The notes below the pieces were generated by a model that was not told the origin of the DNA, searched no databases, and saw only the letters and a program-made list of their open reading frames with translations. Below, one piece after another: positions 30,497-39,323 of a stretch of 64,000 bases of DNA. Source of the stretch: Bacteroidales bacterium (GTDB taxonomy: Bacteria > Bacteroidota > Bacteroidia > Bacteroidales > UBA10428); the NCBI GenBank assembly GCA_050287785.1, contig JBNKCO010000018.1, positions 73,149 through 137,148 on the forward strand, in the 5' to 3' direction. How positions within the stretch are numbered: the stretch's first letter is position 1; each line of letters starts with the position of its first letter. The position numbers were made by a program, and so were the translations under genes.

Positions 30497-31339
30497 TTAG
30501 TCTTCAATATTTTCAGGGATTTTATTTTTCGGGTATTTTAATGTAAATTCAGGATGAGCGAACTGCCAGAATAAAAATGAAAAGCTGTCTGCACTTTCGG
30601 AAAACCTAGAATGTCCTTTATCAGATATGTTAAACAATATAATATTATTCTTAGAATTCAAACTTTGCAGGCGAGCAACTGTTTTACCTGTTTGCCATGG
30701 TGAAACGCGAGGATCATTCAACCCTGCAGAAAAAAGAATTGAAGGATAATTCACACCCGTTTTTATATGGTGATAAACATCCATATTATATATATATATT
30801 GAAACTCCAATAAATGCGACAAAATTAGCATCATAGGAAGGTTCATAATAATCAATCCTATATTCTACACTGTCGGCCATGTTTATGCTGTCTAAATTAA
30901 ACAACTCTTTAAGTGCGTCAGCAATAGAAGGCATGTAGTTTAAAGTATAAGCCTTTGTTGCATAAGAATACCTGGCGAAAAATAAATCTTCTCCAACTGC
31001 TCTAGGCAAGTCTGACCAATAGGTGCGTTGATTATTTAAATTGTTAATCTCTTCTTTGATAGAATCTCTACTAGTTATATTATACATTACAGAGTCATAA
31101 AATGCCCTTTGTCCTGCGTACCAAGTTTTAACTAATGCATCTTCTAAGTTTTCAATATTACGGTAAGGATCAATTACTTCCATTCCAAAATAGTTATCTA
31201 TAGCCGTATCAGGAGCTATTATTGGATAATTCCAGGTTGCTTGTTCCAATGGAACTTCTTGAGGATACGAAATAAGAATAATAAAACATGATAGGATAGA
31301 CAGGGTTGATTTCATTATGTTATTATGCAATATGGTCAT
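30497..31339 (-). pseudogene. prolyl oligopeptidase paralog with large in-frame internal deletion (no nucleophile, no propeller)
   Basis: N-terminal ~190 aa (DPYRNIENLEDALVKTWY..) and C-terminal ~95 aa (NMDVYHHIK..GLNDPRV..KGHS..FLFWQFAHPEF) align to residues ~1-170 and ~638-733 of the intact POP. The junction IYIY is encoded by (TA)6 at 30787-30799. Confidence 0.8.
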
Positions 31340-31375
31340 TTGTTTATATTATTACAGCTATTCGTTTACGTAGAT

Positions 31376-32389
31376 CTACCATATTATGGTTAACGTGCTG
31401 GTGTAAAATTCATTTAATTGTTTAATATCTATTTTGTACTTTCCTTTATAATGCATTTCCAGGATTTGTTTCAAATTGTCTTCACCTAAGCCAGCTAAAA
31501 TTGGTTTCTTATGTCTGGTTATTTTGTTTTTTACCGAAAAATCAAGTCTCTCTTTGCTAGCTTTCATGTTTATTTCAATAGGATATTCCTTGTTGTTTAA
31601 CTGCTCACGTATAAAGACATTCTCAACAAATGTCACTAAAAGTCGTGGTAAAATCGATTTATTCTTAGCCTTATTCTCGTAGTTAAAAACTACATACAAT
31701 TCTGAACTTAGCGCTTTTTGCAACTCAACAAAATTATCTAGATACTCAATCTCATGTTCCAGTGGAACACTTTCATTAAGATTAGTTCTTAATGAATATT
31801 CCAGCATATCAGAAAACACTTCTATCGAGTTTGTTGCTTTTTCAGAATATTTGTTCAAATGGCTGTAGCAAAAGTTTAAAAAATTAAAGGTTAAATGGGT
31901 GTTAAACTGTCCTTTAAGAAAATCAAGTTCGTTATTAATCAATACTTCTTCTTTTTGTTTTTGCAGGGCGAGTTTGTATATATTCAATTTGTTCAAATAA
32001 AACACAAATGCACAGGAACCTATAATAGAAAGTTGAAGAATTGCATCAATAATAAAAACTGTTACAGGTTTTCCATAAAGCTTGCTAGTACCACCAAGTT
32101 TTGGAACTATATACATCACCCTCACATATTTAATCAAAACAAATACAATAAAAACAGTACACAAACTCATAAAAAAAACTAAAAATTGTTTTGTATAGAG
32201 TTTTGGGAAAATATTTAAGGCCAGGGCATAGTATAAAAATATATAATTCCCAAATCCTACAGCACCACCAATTATATTTACTCTAACATCTCCGGGAATT
32301 GGATCAATTAGCATTATAAATGCAATAATTAGTACCCAACTGAAAAAGTGTTTCTTTAATTCTTTATTAGGTAGAGTAAAAGGATTCAT
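31376..32389 (-). CDS. membrane histidine kinase (PF06580 type), paralog of 29317-30357, no adjacent response regulator
   Basis: 337 aa; about 5 TM helices; H-box FNTHLTFNFLNFCYS; FVENVFI and AGLGEDN boxes are somewhat degenerate. Confidence 0.8.
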   Translation of the reverse strand: MNPFTLPNKELKKHFFSWVLIIAFIMLIDPIPGDVRVNIIGGAVGFGNYIFLYYALALNIFPKLYTKQFLVFFMSLCTVFIVFVLIKYVRVMYIVPKLGGTSKLYGKPVTVFIIDAILQLSIIGSCAFVFYLNKLNIYKLALQKQKEEVLINNELDFLKGQFNTHLTFNFLNFCYSHLNKYSEKATNSIEVFSDMLEYSLRTNLNESVPLEHEIEYLDNFVELQKALSSELYVVFNYENKAKNKSILPRLLVTFVENVFIREQLNNKEYPIEINMKASKERLDFSVKNKITRHKKPILAGLGEDNLKQILEMHYKGKYKIDIKQLNEFYTSTLTIIW

Positions 32390-32835
32390 AAAAACATATT
32401 TATCCGAAAGATAATTTTATTATTAGGGATATTATTAATTCTTATTCATACTTTGTTTTTTTTTGGACAAACATAAGAATTACTTATATGAATTTAGAAT
32501 AGGTAGACAAGTAAATATTACAAAAACATATGACTTTGTATGCTAACACTTAAGGTTTTCTAAACATGATAAAAAAAGGTAAAGCTTAGCTGATAATTAA
32601 TTTTTTAACCAAAACATTAAATACTAAAGGCACAATATACCAAATCAATAGATAAAAACTAAATGAGCTGATATAAATGAATAATAATTATACTAAATGC
32701 CAATTATTTAATATAAATTATCTATTGAGTTGTTTGAAATGGCTTTTTGACTTCACAAGTAAAAACATTAGAAATGAAATTAGTTATGAATTTAATTATG
32801 TTTGTACACACAAACCTTATTATAAAATTTCAAAT

Positions 32836-32995
32836 ATAAAAAAGACAAAAGAACTTCAACTTAAAAAACAGGTAATACAACATTTGACTAAAAATGAACA
32901 ACTCTTTATATAGAGGTGGTGGTGACACTGGGTATGGTAATAGTGATCTTACTGATAATCCATCTCAGATAGGTGGTACCGGCACAAAACACTAA
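32836..32995 (+). pseudogene. GG-leader precursor-peptide gene, apparently inactivated (ATA in place of ATG, +1 frameshift before the GG site)
   Basis: Frame 1 reads (ATA)KKTKELQLKKQVIQHLTKNEQLFI*. Frame 2 reads ..LYRGGGDTGYGNSDLTDNPSQIGGTGTKH* (ATG at 32894, stop 32993-32995). Lies just upstream of lanB. Confidence 0.5.
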
Positions 32996-33085
32996 TGTAA
33001 ATCAGTTTTAGAATACAAGGTGAATTCTTACATAAACCTTGTATTCTTACTTATTTAATTTTAATATCTCACTCTAAAGAATTAA

Positions 33086-35382
33086 ATGCCCTTTAAAATT
33101 CATCCGAAATTAATATTACGCTCTCCAAGTTTCCATTTTAAAGGATTAAAAACATAAAGAAATACATTAAACAGTTAAATATATCTTATAAAGAAAATAG
33201 AATTTTACAGACTGACCTGGTAAAAGAAGCCAAAACCTCTAAACTCAACCAGGGAATTCAAAAAACTCTGAAAAACGGTATTAACGCTTTACTGTATTTC
33301 ACACAAAAACCGATAAAATATAACTTAGAAAAGTTTAAAGAATCGTTTGTTAAAAGATACGAATTGAAAGAGGTACCCTTACTAAATGCCCTTGATACAG
33401 AAACCGGACTTGGCTACCCCATTGTCATTATTGGCAGCAAAACACCTCTAATTGAAAATATTGCTTTTACGCTTCATGAAACAAATAGTATTGCTTTTAA
33501 TGAAAGAGATAAGATTTGTCTGGAGATATTACAAAAGGCTCACTTGTTTAATGATTATTCTGTAGACATTAAAGATTTTATTTCGAACAAACCTAAACCA
33601 AATTGGGATAGTCTACCTCCTTCGTTTTCAGCAATGTTCAGAGTAACTAATTTTGAGAAAAATGAAATTTTTCTGGAATCGGTAGGGGGGAGCAGTGCGA
33701 TAAATCTTTTAGGCAGATTTGCACATACCGACAAGCAGATACACGAAATAATATCGAAAATAGCTAATGAAGAGCAAAAAAATAACCCTGATGTTATTTT
33801 TGCTGAGATAGCTCACAATCCGGAGAATCGTACGGGAAATATTATCTCACACCCTGCTTTTAGAGATTATGAAATCCCAATTGTATCTTCATCTAACCCA
33901 AATGTTAAGCATTCAATTGCATTGTGTGATCTTTTATTATCAGTAAGAAACAACAGGATTATTCTAAGGTCGAAAAAGTTAGACAAAGAAATAATTCCTC
34001 GATTAAGCAATGCACATAATTTTCCCAAGAGTGAACTACCTATATATAGGTTTCTGTGCGATCTTCAAACACAAAATAACAATTCATCACTTTCATTCAA
34101 TTGGGGAAGTCTATCAGACAATTTTCTGTTTCTTCCTAGAATAACACATGATAATACAATTCTCAGTCTTGCTACCTGGAAATTGCCAAAAAGCGAACTA
34201 CTCATCTTAACAAAGAATAAGAATGCTTATTTGCTTTTGCCTGAATTTCTAAAGAAATGGAAGATTCCAAATCAAGTAGTAATTGCTGACAGAGATAACG
34301 AGCTATTTATTGATTTTAGTAATGATTTATCTGTTGAAGTTTTTTTAGACGTAATAAGAAAAAAAGAAAGCATTGTTTTAAAAGAATTTCTTTTCGATGA
34401 AAATACTCCTATTGTCGATGAGAATGGGAAAAGATATACTAATCAGTTTATAGCCTCTTTCGTAAAAGATGAAGCTGTTTACAAGAGGAAATCTTTTTCC
34501 CATGAATCGAATATTGAAGTTAAGCGTGAATTTACGCCAGGTTCTAAGTGGGTATATTTAAAATACTATTGTGGAACAAATACAGCTGACAACCTGTTAA
34601 GCGATATTATTAAGCCAATAGCTGATAAATTCCTAAAAGAACAAATTATTGATAAATGGTTTTTTATACGTTATCGCGATGAAGATGAACACTTAAGGGT
34701 AAGATTCCACATAACTAACACAAAGTATCTCTCCGAGGTAATGCAAACAAACTCAGGATACACACAGAAATATATCGACCAAGGTCTTATCTGGAAAGTA
34801 CAAACCGACACTTATATTAGAGAAATAGAGCGGTATGGTGCTGCAACAATGGAATTAAGCGAACAGCTTTTCTTTTATGATAGCGAAGCTATTTCAATAT
34901 TTCTATCATCAATTGATGAAACTACTGATACAAACATACGATGGCTATGGGGAATAAAAGCCATAGACACTCTAATGAATTGCTTTGGCTTAGAGCTGGA
35001 AGATAAAAAGAAATTAATGGAGCAATTAAAAATTGCATTTGCAAATGAGTTTAAGTTAGAAAAACCATCCAAGCTTCAAGTTGATAAGAATTATCGAAAA
35101 TACTCTAAGCAGATATGTTCTGCATTAGATAATAATTTGGAGGAAAATCCCTTGTATTCTTACCTGAATATTATTGAAGATTATCAAATTAATATCTTGA
35201 AAATTGCACCGAATATAATTTTAAGAACGTCTAACTCTTCTGATTTATGGAGTTATCTCAAAAGCTATATTCATATGCATATTAATAGGTTGCTAAAAAG
35301 CTCTCAACGCCTAAATGAAATGGTTATTTACGATTACATTTATAGGTACTATCGTTCTCTTATGGCCAGGGGAAATAAATAA
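33086..35382 (+). pseudogene. lanthipeptide dehydratase (LanB-like), 5'-truncated and frameshifted
   Basis: MPFKIHPKLILRSPSFHFKGLKT* (33086-33157) is in a different frame from the 33142-35382 ORF. That ORF has FKESFVKRYELKEVPLLNALDTETGLGYP, which lies ~380 aa into NisB but ~90 aa in here. C-terminal elimination domain present (WVYLKYYCG..WFFIRYRDEDEHLRVRF..ERYG). Confidence 0.7.
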
Positions 35383-35401
35383 AACATCACATAAAAAAAT
35401 G

Positions 35402-35437
35402 GGTGCTATCAAACCAATGATAGCACCAGACATTTTT
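35402..35437 (+). terminator. hairpin terminator after lanB
   Basis: 10-bp stem ggtgctatca / tgatagcacc, 6-nt loop, downstream attttt. Confidence 0.5.
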
Positions 35438-35962
35438 GTGAACCAACCTAAATACTCCCTAATTTTTGTAAATTGTTTTAACGGCACTGAGTATCCCAAA
35501 ATTTATTTCAATTCTCATTCCTTTAATTTCAACCATAACATTTTGTAACTTTTTCATTGGATATAGCATAACTTTAAAAAATTACCTCTATAGATGTTTA
35601 TTCGCTTAATGTTTAAATAGGATTGAAAAATCACTTTTGGTATTAGAGATTTCATTTGTATTGGTTTATTAACACTTCAAGAATATAATCTTTGCTTGAA
35701 AAAATAAAATCTATTATCCCAATTGAATGAATCTATATTCAAATGTAAAAATGAGCCTTACATCTAAAATTTGTGTTTAGAAAATTAACCTCGGTGTAAG
35801 CGACAATAAAATGAAACAATCTAAATTATTTGTTAAGAATTAATCTATCAGATAAAGATTAATACATCTACTATCATATTATGTAACTAATTGTATATTC
35901 TCAATGTGAACGCACATATATCCTGACAAATCAGACTTTCAGAACTTCAAGCTTACTCATTA

Positions 35963-36026
35963 ATAAAACACAAAAAACCCGCAAGTAAAGTACTTGCGGG
36001 TTTTTATTTTCTCCTAAAATTTTGGC
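35963..36026. repeat. right copy of 63/64-nt imperfect direct repeat (candidate att site) overlapping the last 4 nt of tRNA-Ser
   Basis: Aligns with 14355-14417; its last 4 nt (tggc) are the discriminator + CCA of the tRNA on the minus strand. Confidence 0.8.
35971..36006 (-). terminator. terminator hairpin immediately 3' of tRNA-Ser
   Basis: Same stem cccgcaagta / tacttgcggg (35978-35987 / 35991-36000), flanked by A- and T-tracts. Confidence 0.75.
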
Positions 36027-36110
36027 GGAGAAAGAGGGATTCGAACCCCCGGTGCGTTGCCGCACAATGGTTTTCAAGACCACCGCATTCGACCACTCTG
36101 CCATTTCTCC
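36023..36110 (-). tRNA. tRNA-Ser (anticodon UGA), type II with long variable arm, CCA encoded
   Basis: Hand-folded: acceptor GGAGAAA/TTTCTCC, anticodon arm GTGGT-CTTGAAA-ACCAT, variable arm TGTGCGGCAACGCACCGG, T-arm GGGGG-TTCGAAT-CCCTC, G-CCA end. Confidence 0.9.
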
Positions 36111-36429
36111 GGCGGCAAAAGTAAAACATTTTTTAATACCCGCAATACAATCACTTCAAAAAAAAATATTTATTTACAGCTTTCAATCTTACATAGCTAG
36201 ATATCAAGTATTAAGATGACTGATTTTTCTGCACAAACAAAAACAGAAATTTTTTATTGTATTCATGAGGCTAAAAAAAGTGCCACTAAATCCAACAAAA
36301 CACCAGCAAAACTGAACCTCTCGTTCATATTTTAGTCCGTTTAAAAAACAATACCTGTAAAAATTTACCCTTTTCTAAAAATAAAAACGCCAAAAGTCTT
36401 ATCTCTCTAGCGAAAAAGTAGCTTTGAAA

Positions 36430-36460
36430 TTTGCAAGAGTAAACAAATACTCTATATTTG
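36430..36460 (+). promoter_or_regulatory. Bacteroidota-type promoter for the HU gene
   Basis: -33 TTTG (36430-36433), 19-nt spacer, -7 TATATTTG (36453-36460) matching TAnnTTTG. Confidence 0.45.
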
Positions 36461-36512
36461 TATACACATTTACTACTGTGAAAAATATTTACTAACCCAA
36501 AATTTGTTTAAC

Positions 36513-36785
36513 ATGAACAAGGCAGAATTAATTGATGCAATCGCTGGTAATGCAGGTTTAACTAAAGCAGATGCTAAAAAAGCTTTGGATGCTTTCATAG
36601 AATCTACTACTGAATCGCTAAAAAAGGGTGACCGTGTTGCTCTTGTTGGTTTTGGTTCATTTTCAGTTGCGGAAAGAAGTGCTAGAACTGGCAGAAACCC
36701 ACAAACTGGTAAAGAAATTAAAATTGCAGCTAAAAATGTTGTAAAATTTAAAGCTGGACAAGAACTTGCTGATGCCGTAAAATAA
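36513..36785 (+). CDS. hup: DNA-binding protein HU
   Basis: [48 protein letters not shown] is the canonical HU/IHF fold sequence. Confidence 0.95.
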   Translation: MNKAELIDAIAGNAGLTKADAKKALDAFIESTTESLKKGDRVALVGFGSFSVAERSARTGRNPQTGKEIKIAAKNVVKFKAGQELADAVK

Positions 36786-36805
36786 GCATTAATGAATTTT
36801 ATTAC

Positions 36806-36837
36806 AAGGGAGCTATGAATCATTGCTCCCTTTTTTG
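36806..36837 (+). terminator. rho-independent terminator after the HU gene
   Basis: Stem aagggagc / gctccctt followed by ttttttg. It overlaps the track's TTG start at 36823, which argues for the ATG at 36853. Confidence 0.6.
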
Positions 36838-36852
36838 TTTGTTAAAGTTGTC

Positions 36853-37524
36853 ATGAATAAAGATCTTATAGCCTTTCTGGAAGAATTTATTACTGAAAGA
36901 AGAAAAAACCTTTTTCATAAAATAATAGAGTCAAGAACACGATATTTAACTGTAGTGCTTGAAGACATATATCAGTCACAAAACGCAAGTGCTGTATTGC
37001 GTACCTGCGACTGTTTTGGAATTCAAGATGTTCATGTTATTGAAAACCGAAATGAATATACACTAAATCCAGAAGTTACCCTTGGTTCAGATAAATGGTT
37101 AAACCTGAATATATATAATTCAGAAGGAAGCAACACTGTTAATACGCTTGAGAAACTAAAAAATGATGGTTATAGAATAGTGGCCACAACGCCTCATACA
37201 GACGATGTCAATCTTGAGGATTTCGACCTCTCCAAAGGAAAAACAGCCTTACTCTTTGGAACTGAATTAAAAGGATTATCGAAAGAAGCTTTATCCCATG
37301 CCGATGAATATCTTAAAATTCCAATGCAAGGATTCACTGAAAGCTTTAATATTTCTGTCTCTGCAGCCATTATTCTACATCAATTAAGCTCTAAATTGAG
37401 AGCCTCAGATATTAAATGGAATCTTACCGATGATGAAAGAAGTGAAGTTTTATTTCAATGGTTAAAGAATACTATTAAAGACCCGCAAGGCCTTATAGAT
37501 AAATACAATGCGAAAACTAATTAA
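36853..37524 (+). CDS. SpoU/TrmH-family RNA 2'-O-methyltransferase
   Basis: VVLEDIYQSQNASAVLRTCDCFG.., LLFGTELKGLS, IPMQGFTESFNISVSAAI are SpoU motifs. Confidence 0.85.
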   Translation: MNKDLIAFLEEFITERRKNLFHKIIESRTRYLTVVLEDIYQSQNASAVLRTCDCFGIQDVHVIENRNEYTLNPEVTLGSDKWLNLNIYNSEGSNTVNTLEKLKNDGYRIVATTPHTDDVNLEDFDLSKGKTALLFGTELKGLSKEALSHADEYLKIPMQGFTESFNISVSAAIILHQLSSKLRASDIKWNLTDDERSEVLFQWLKNTIKDPQGLIDKYNAKTN

Positions 37525-37633
37525 AAAATAGCATACCAATTCAAAAATATCCTTCGTCTTATTTTCAAAATTTTTATATATTTGGCTAATTGTTTGATGA
37601 ATATTTCATTTTAATTGACGAACCCTTTTTAGT

Positions 37634-38335
37634 ATGAATTGTATAATCATCGATGACGATTTAATGTCCAGAAGAGTGCTAGAAGAATTTGTTGGACGTA
37701 CAGAACAACTTAATCTACTGAACTCCTATGAGAATGCTGTTGATGCAATAAACGCATTTAACACAGGTGAAGATGTTGATCTTATTTTTTTGGACATTGA
37801 AATGCCTGAAATGAGTGGAATTGATTTTTTAGAGACATTGCAAAATCCTCCCCAAATTATTATTGTTTCTTCAAAAGAAAAGTATGCACTAGATGCATTT
37901 AACTACGATGTTACAGACTATTTATTGAAACCGGTCTCTTATAGTCGATTCTTTAAAGCCATTAACAAGGCTAATGTTCGATTTAAAAATAAGGTTGACT
38001 CTAAAGAAGATGAAATATTTATTAAAAAGAACTCTGCTCTTGTAAGACTAAAATATGACGAGATTCTTTGGGTTGAGGCTCTTGAAAATTACGTAATATT
38101 CACTACCTATTCCGATAAGTATACTATTCATTTTACAATGAAAGCTATTGAGCAGAAGTTGCCTTCAACGATGTTTACTAGGGTACACCGCTCGTTTATT
38201 GTAAATACCAGAAGTATCAATCTTATAGAGGATAACTCTGTTATCATTAAAACAAAAGAGGGAAGTAAAACAATTCCTATTGGTAAATCATACAAAGACA
38301 AGCTAATGGGTGATATTAACCTCATGATAAAATAA
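37634..38335 (+). CDS. LytTR-family response regulator (orphan)
   Basis: Receiver (IIIDDD, FLDIEMPEMSG, LLKPV) plus LytTR domain (FTRVHRSFIVN); no kinase adjacent. Confidence 0.9.
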   Translation: MNCIIIDDDLMSRRVLEEFVGRTEQLNLLNSYENAVDAINAFNTGEDVDLIFLDIEMPEMSGIDFLETLQNPPQIIIVSSKEKYALDAFNYDVTDYLLKPVSYSRFFKAINKANVRFKNKVDSKEDEIFIKKNSALVRLKYDEILWVEALENYVIFTTYSDKYTIHFTMKAIEQKLPSTMFTRVHRSFIVNTRSINLIEDNSVIIKTKEGSKTIPIGKSYKDKLMGDINLMIK

Positions 38336-38374
38336 ATCCTCTTCCTTCAGAGTTATTATTTATAAAATAGATTT

Positions 38375-39208
38375 ATGCGAATCAGAATTCTGGCTTTACT
38401 AGGCTTGGGATTATTTATGGTTGTACAGCAAAGTATAGCCCAGAAAATCGACACTAGCTTCTTCCCGAAGAAAGAACAAATGCTTATTGAAACCTATAAC
38501 TCTATTCTTTCATCAAAAGGAGCAGAACATCAAAAGGCTGAACTTGTATTTCAGGATTCTTTACTAAATGTTTTAAAAACCAACGGAGCTTTCGATTATA
38601 AATTCGACTCCTTAAAGCGAATAGGCAGAATAACTTCTGACGACAAGAAGCTTGTGATATTTACCTGGAACATCCCTCATGGAATGTTCCACAATTATTA
38701 TGGTATTATTCAATACTATTCTAAAAAAGAAAAAAAAGTATTTACCTATTCGCTCAAGGAAGACCCAGGTATACTAAGTCGTTCTCGACAAGCACAGGCT
38801 AACATTAGTGATTGGCCAGGTGCTTTATATTATAAAATTGTAACATCAAAATATAAAGGTCAGGTTTATTACACCGTACTAGGTTACAATTTTAACAATC
38901 TGCTATCCAATTATAAGTTGATAGAAGTAATAGCTTTCGATGAACATAACTACCCATATTTCCCTCAACGAAAATTTATGTTCAAAGGGAAAGTGCAAAA
39001 CCGGATAATCCTTGAATTTGCGGAGCAAGCAAATGTTTCACTTGATTACGATAAACATAAAAAAATGATTGTATTTGATCATTTATCTCCTGCCCGCCCC
39101 TCTCTTGAAGGTCAGTTTCAATTTTACGGACCAGATTTTTCTTTTGATGGATTACTTTTTGAAGACGGTATTTGGATGCACAAGTCAGATATTGACATTA
39201 GCAACTGA
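38375..39208 (+). CDS. secreted hypothetical protein
   Basis: 277 aa with signal peptide (LALLGLGLFMVVQQSIAQ); no motif recognised. Confidence 0.7.
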   Translation: MRIRILALLGLGLFMVVQQSIAQKIDTSFFPKKEQMLIETYNSILSSKGAEHQKAELVFQDSLLNVLKTNGAFDYKFDSLKRIGRITSDDKKLVIFTWNIPHGMFHNYYGIIQYYSKKEKKVFTYSLKEDPGILSRSRQAQANISDWPGALYYKIVTSKYKGQVYYTVLGYNFNNLLSNYKLIEVIAFDEHNYPYFPQRKFMFKGKVQNRIILEFAEQANVSLDYDKHKKMIVFDHLSPARPSLEGQFQFYGPDFSFDGLLFEDGIWMHKSDIDISN

Positions 39209-39323
39209 TATTTTTTCAGGTTTTTTACTTCATTCTCATAAAAACATGACTGATTGTCACCTTATTCTACTTGGCACAAGGTTTGACTGTTGCCATTCAG
39301 AATAACAAAAAATACGTTTACAA

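Noticed and set aside
32677-32913. 78-aa ORF taken as a real protein
   Set aside because: Only its last ~25 codons look meaningful, as a GG-type leader. The upstream part is AT-rich filler from an arbitrary upstream ATG, so it is reinterpreted as a degraded precursor gene.
36022-36219. 65-aa ORF '[15 protein letters not shown]..'
   Set aside because: It is the translation of the complementary strand of tRNA-Ser (ttcgaaccc T-loop).
36473-36823. 116-aa minus-strand ORF
   Set aside because: It is a mirror ORF of the HU gene.
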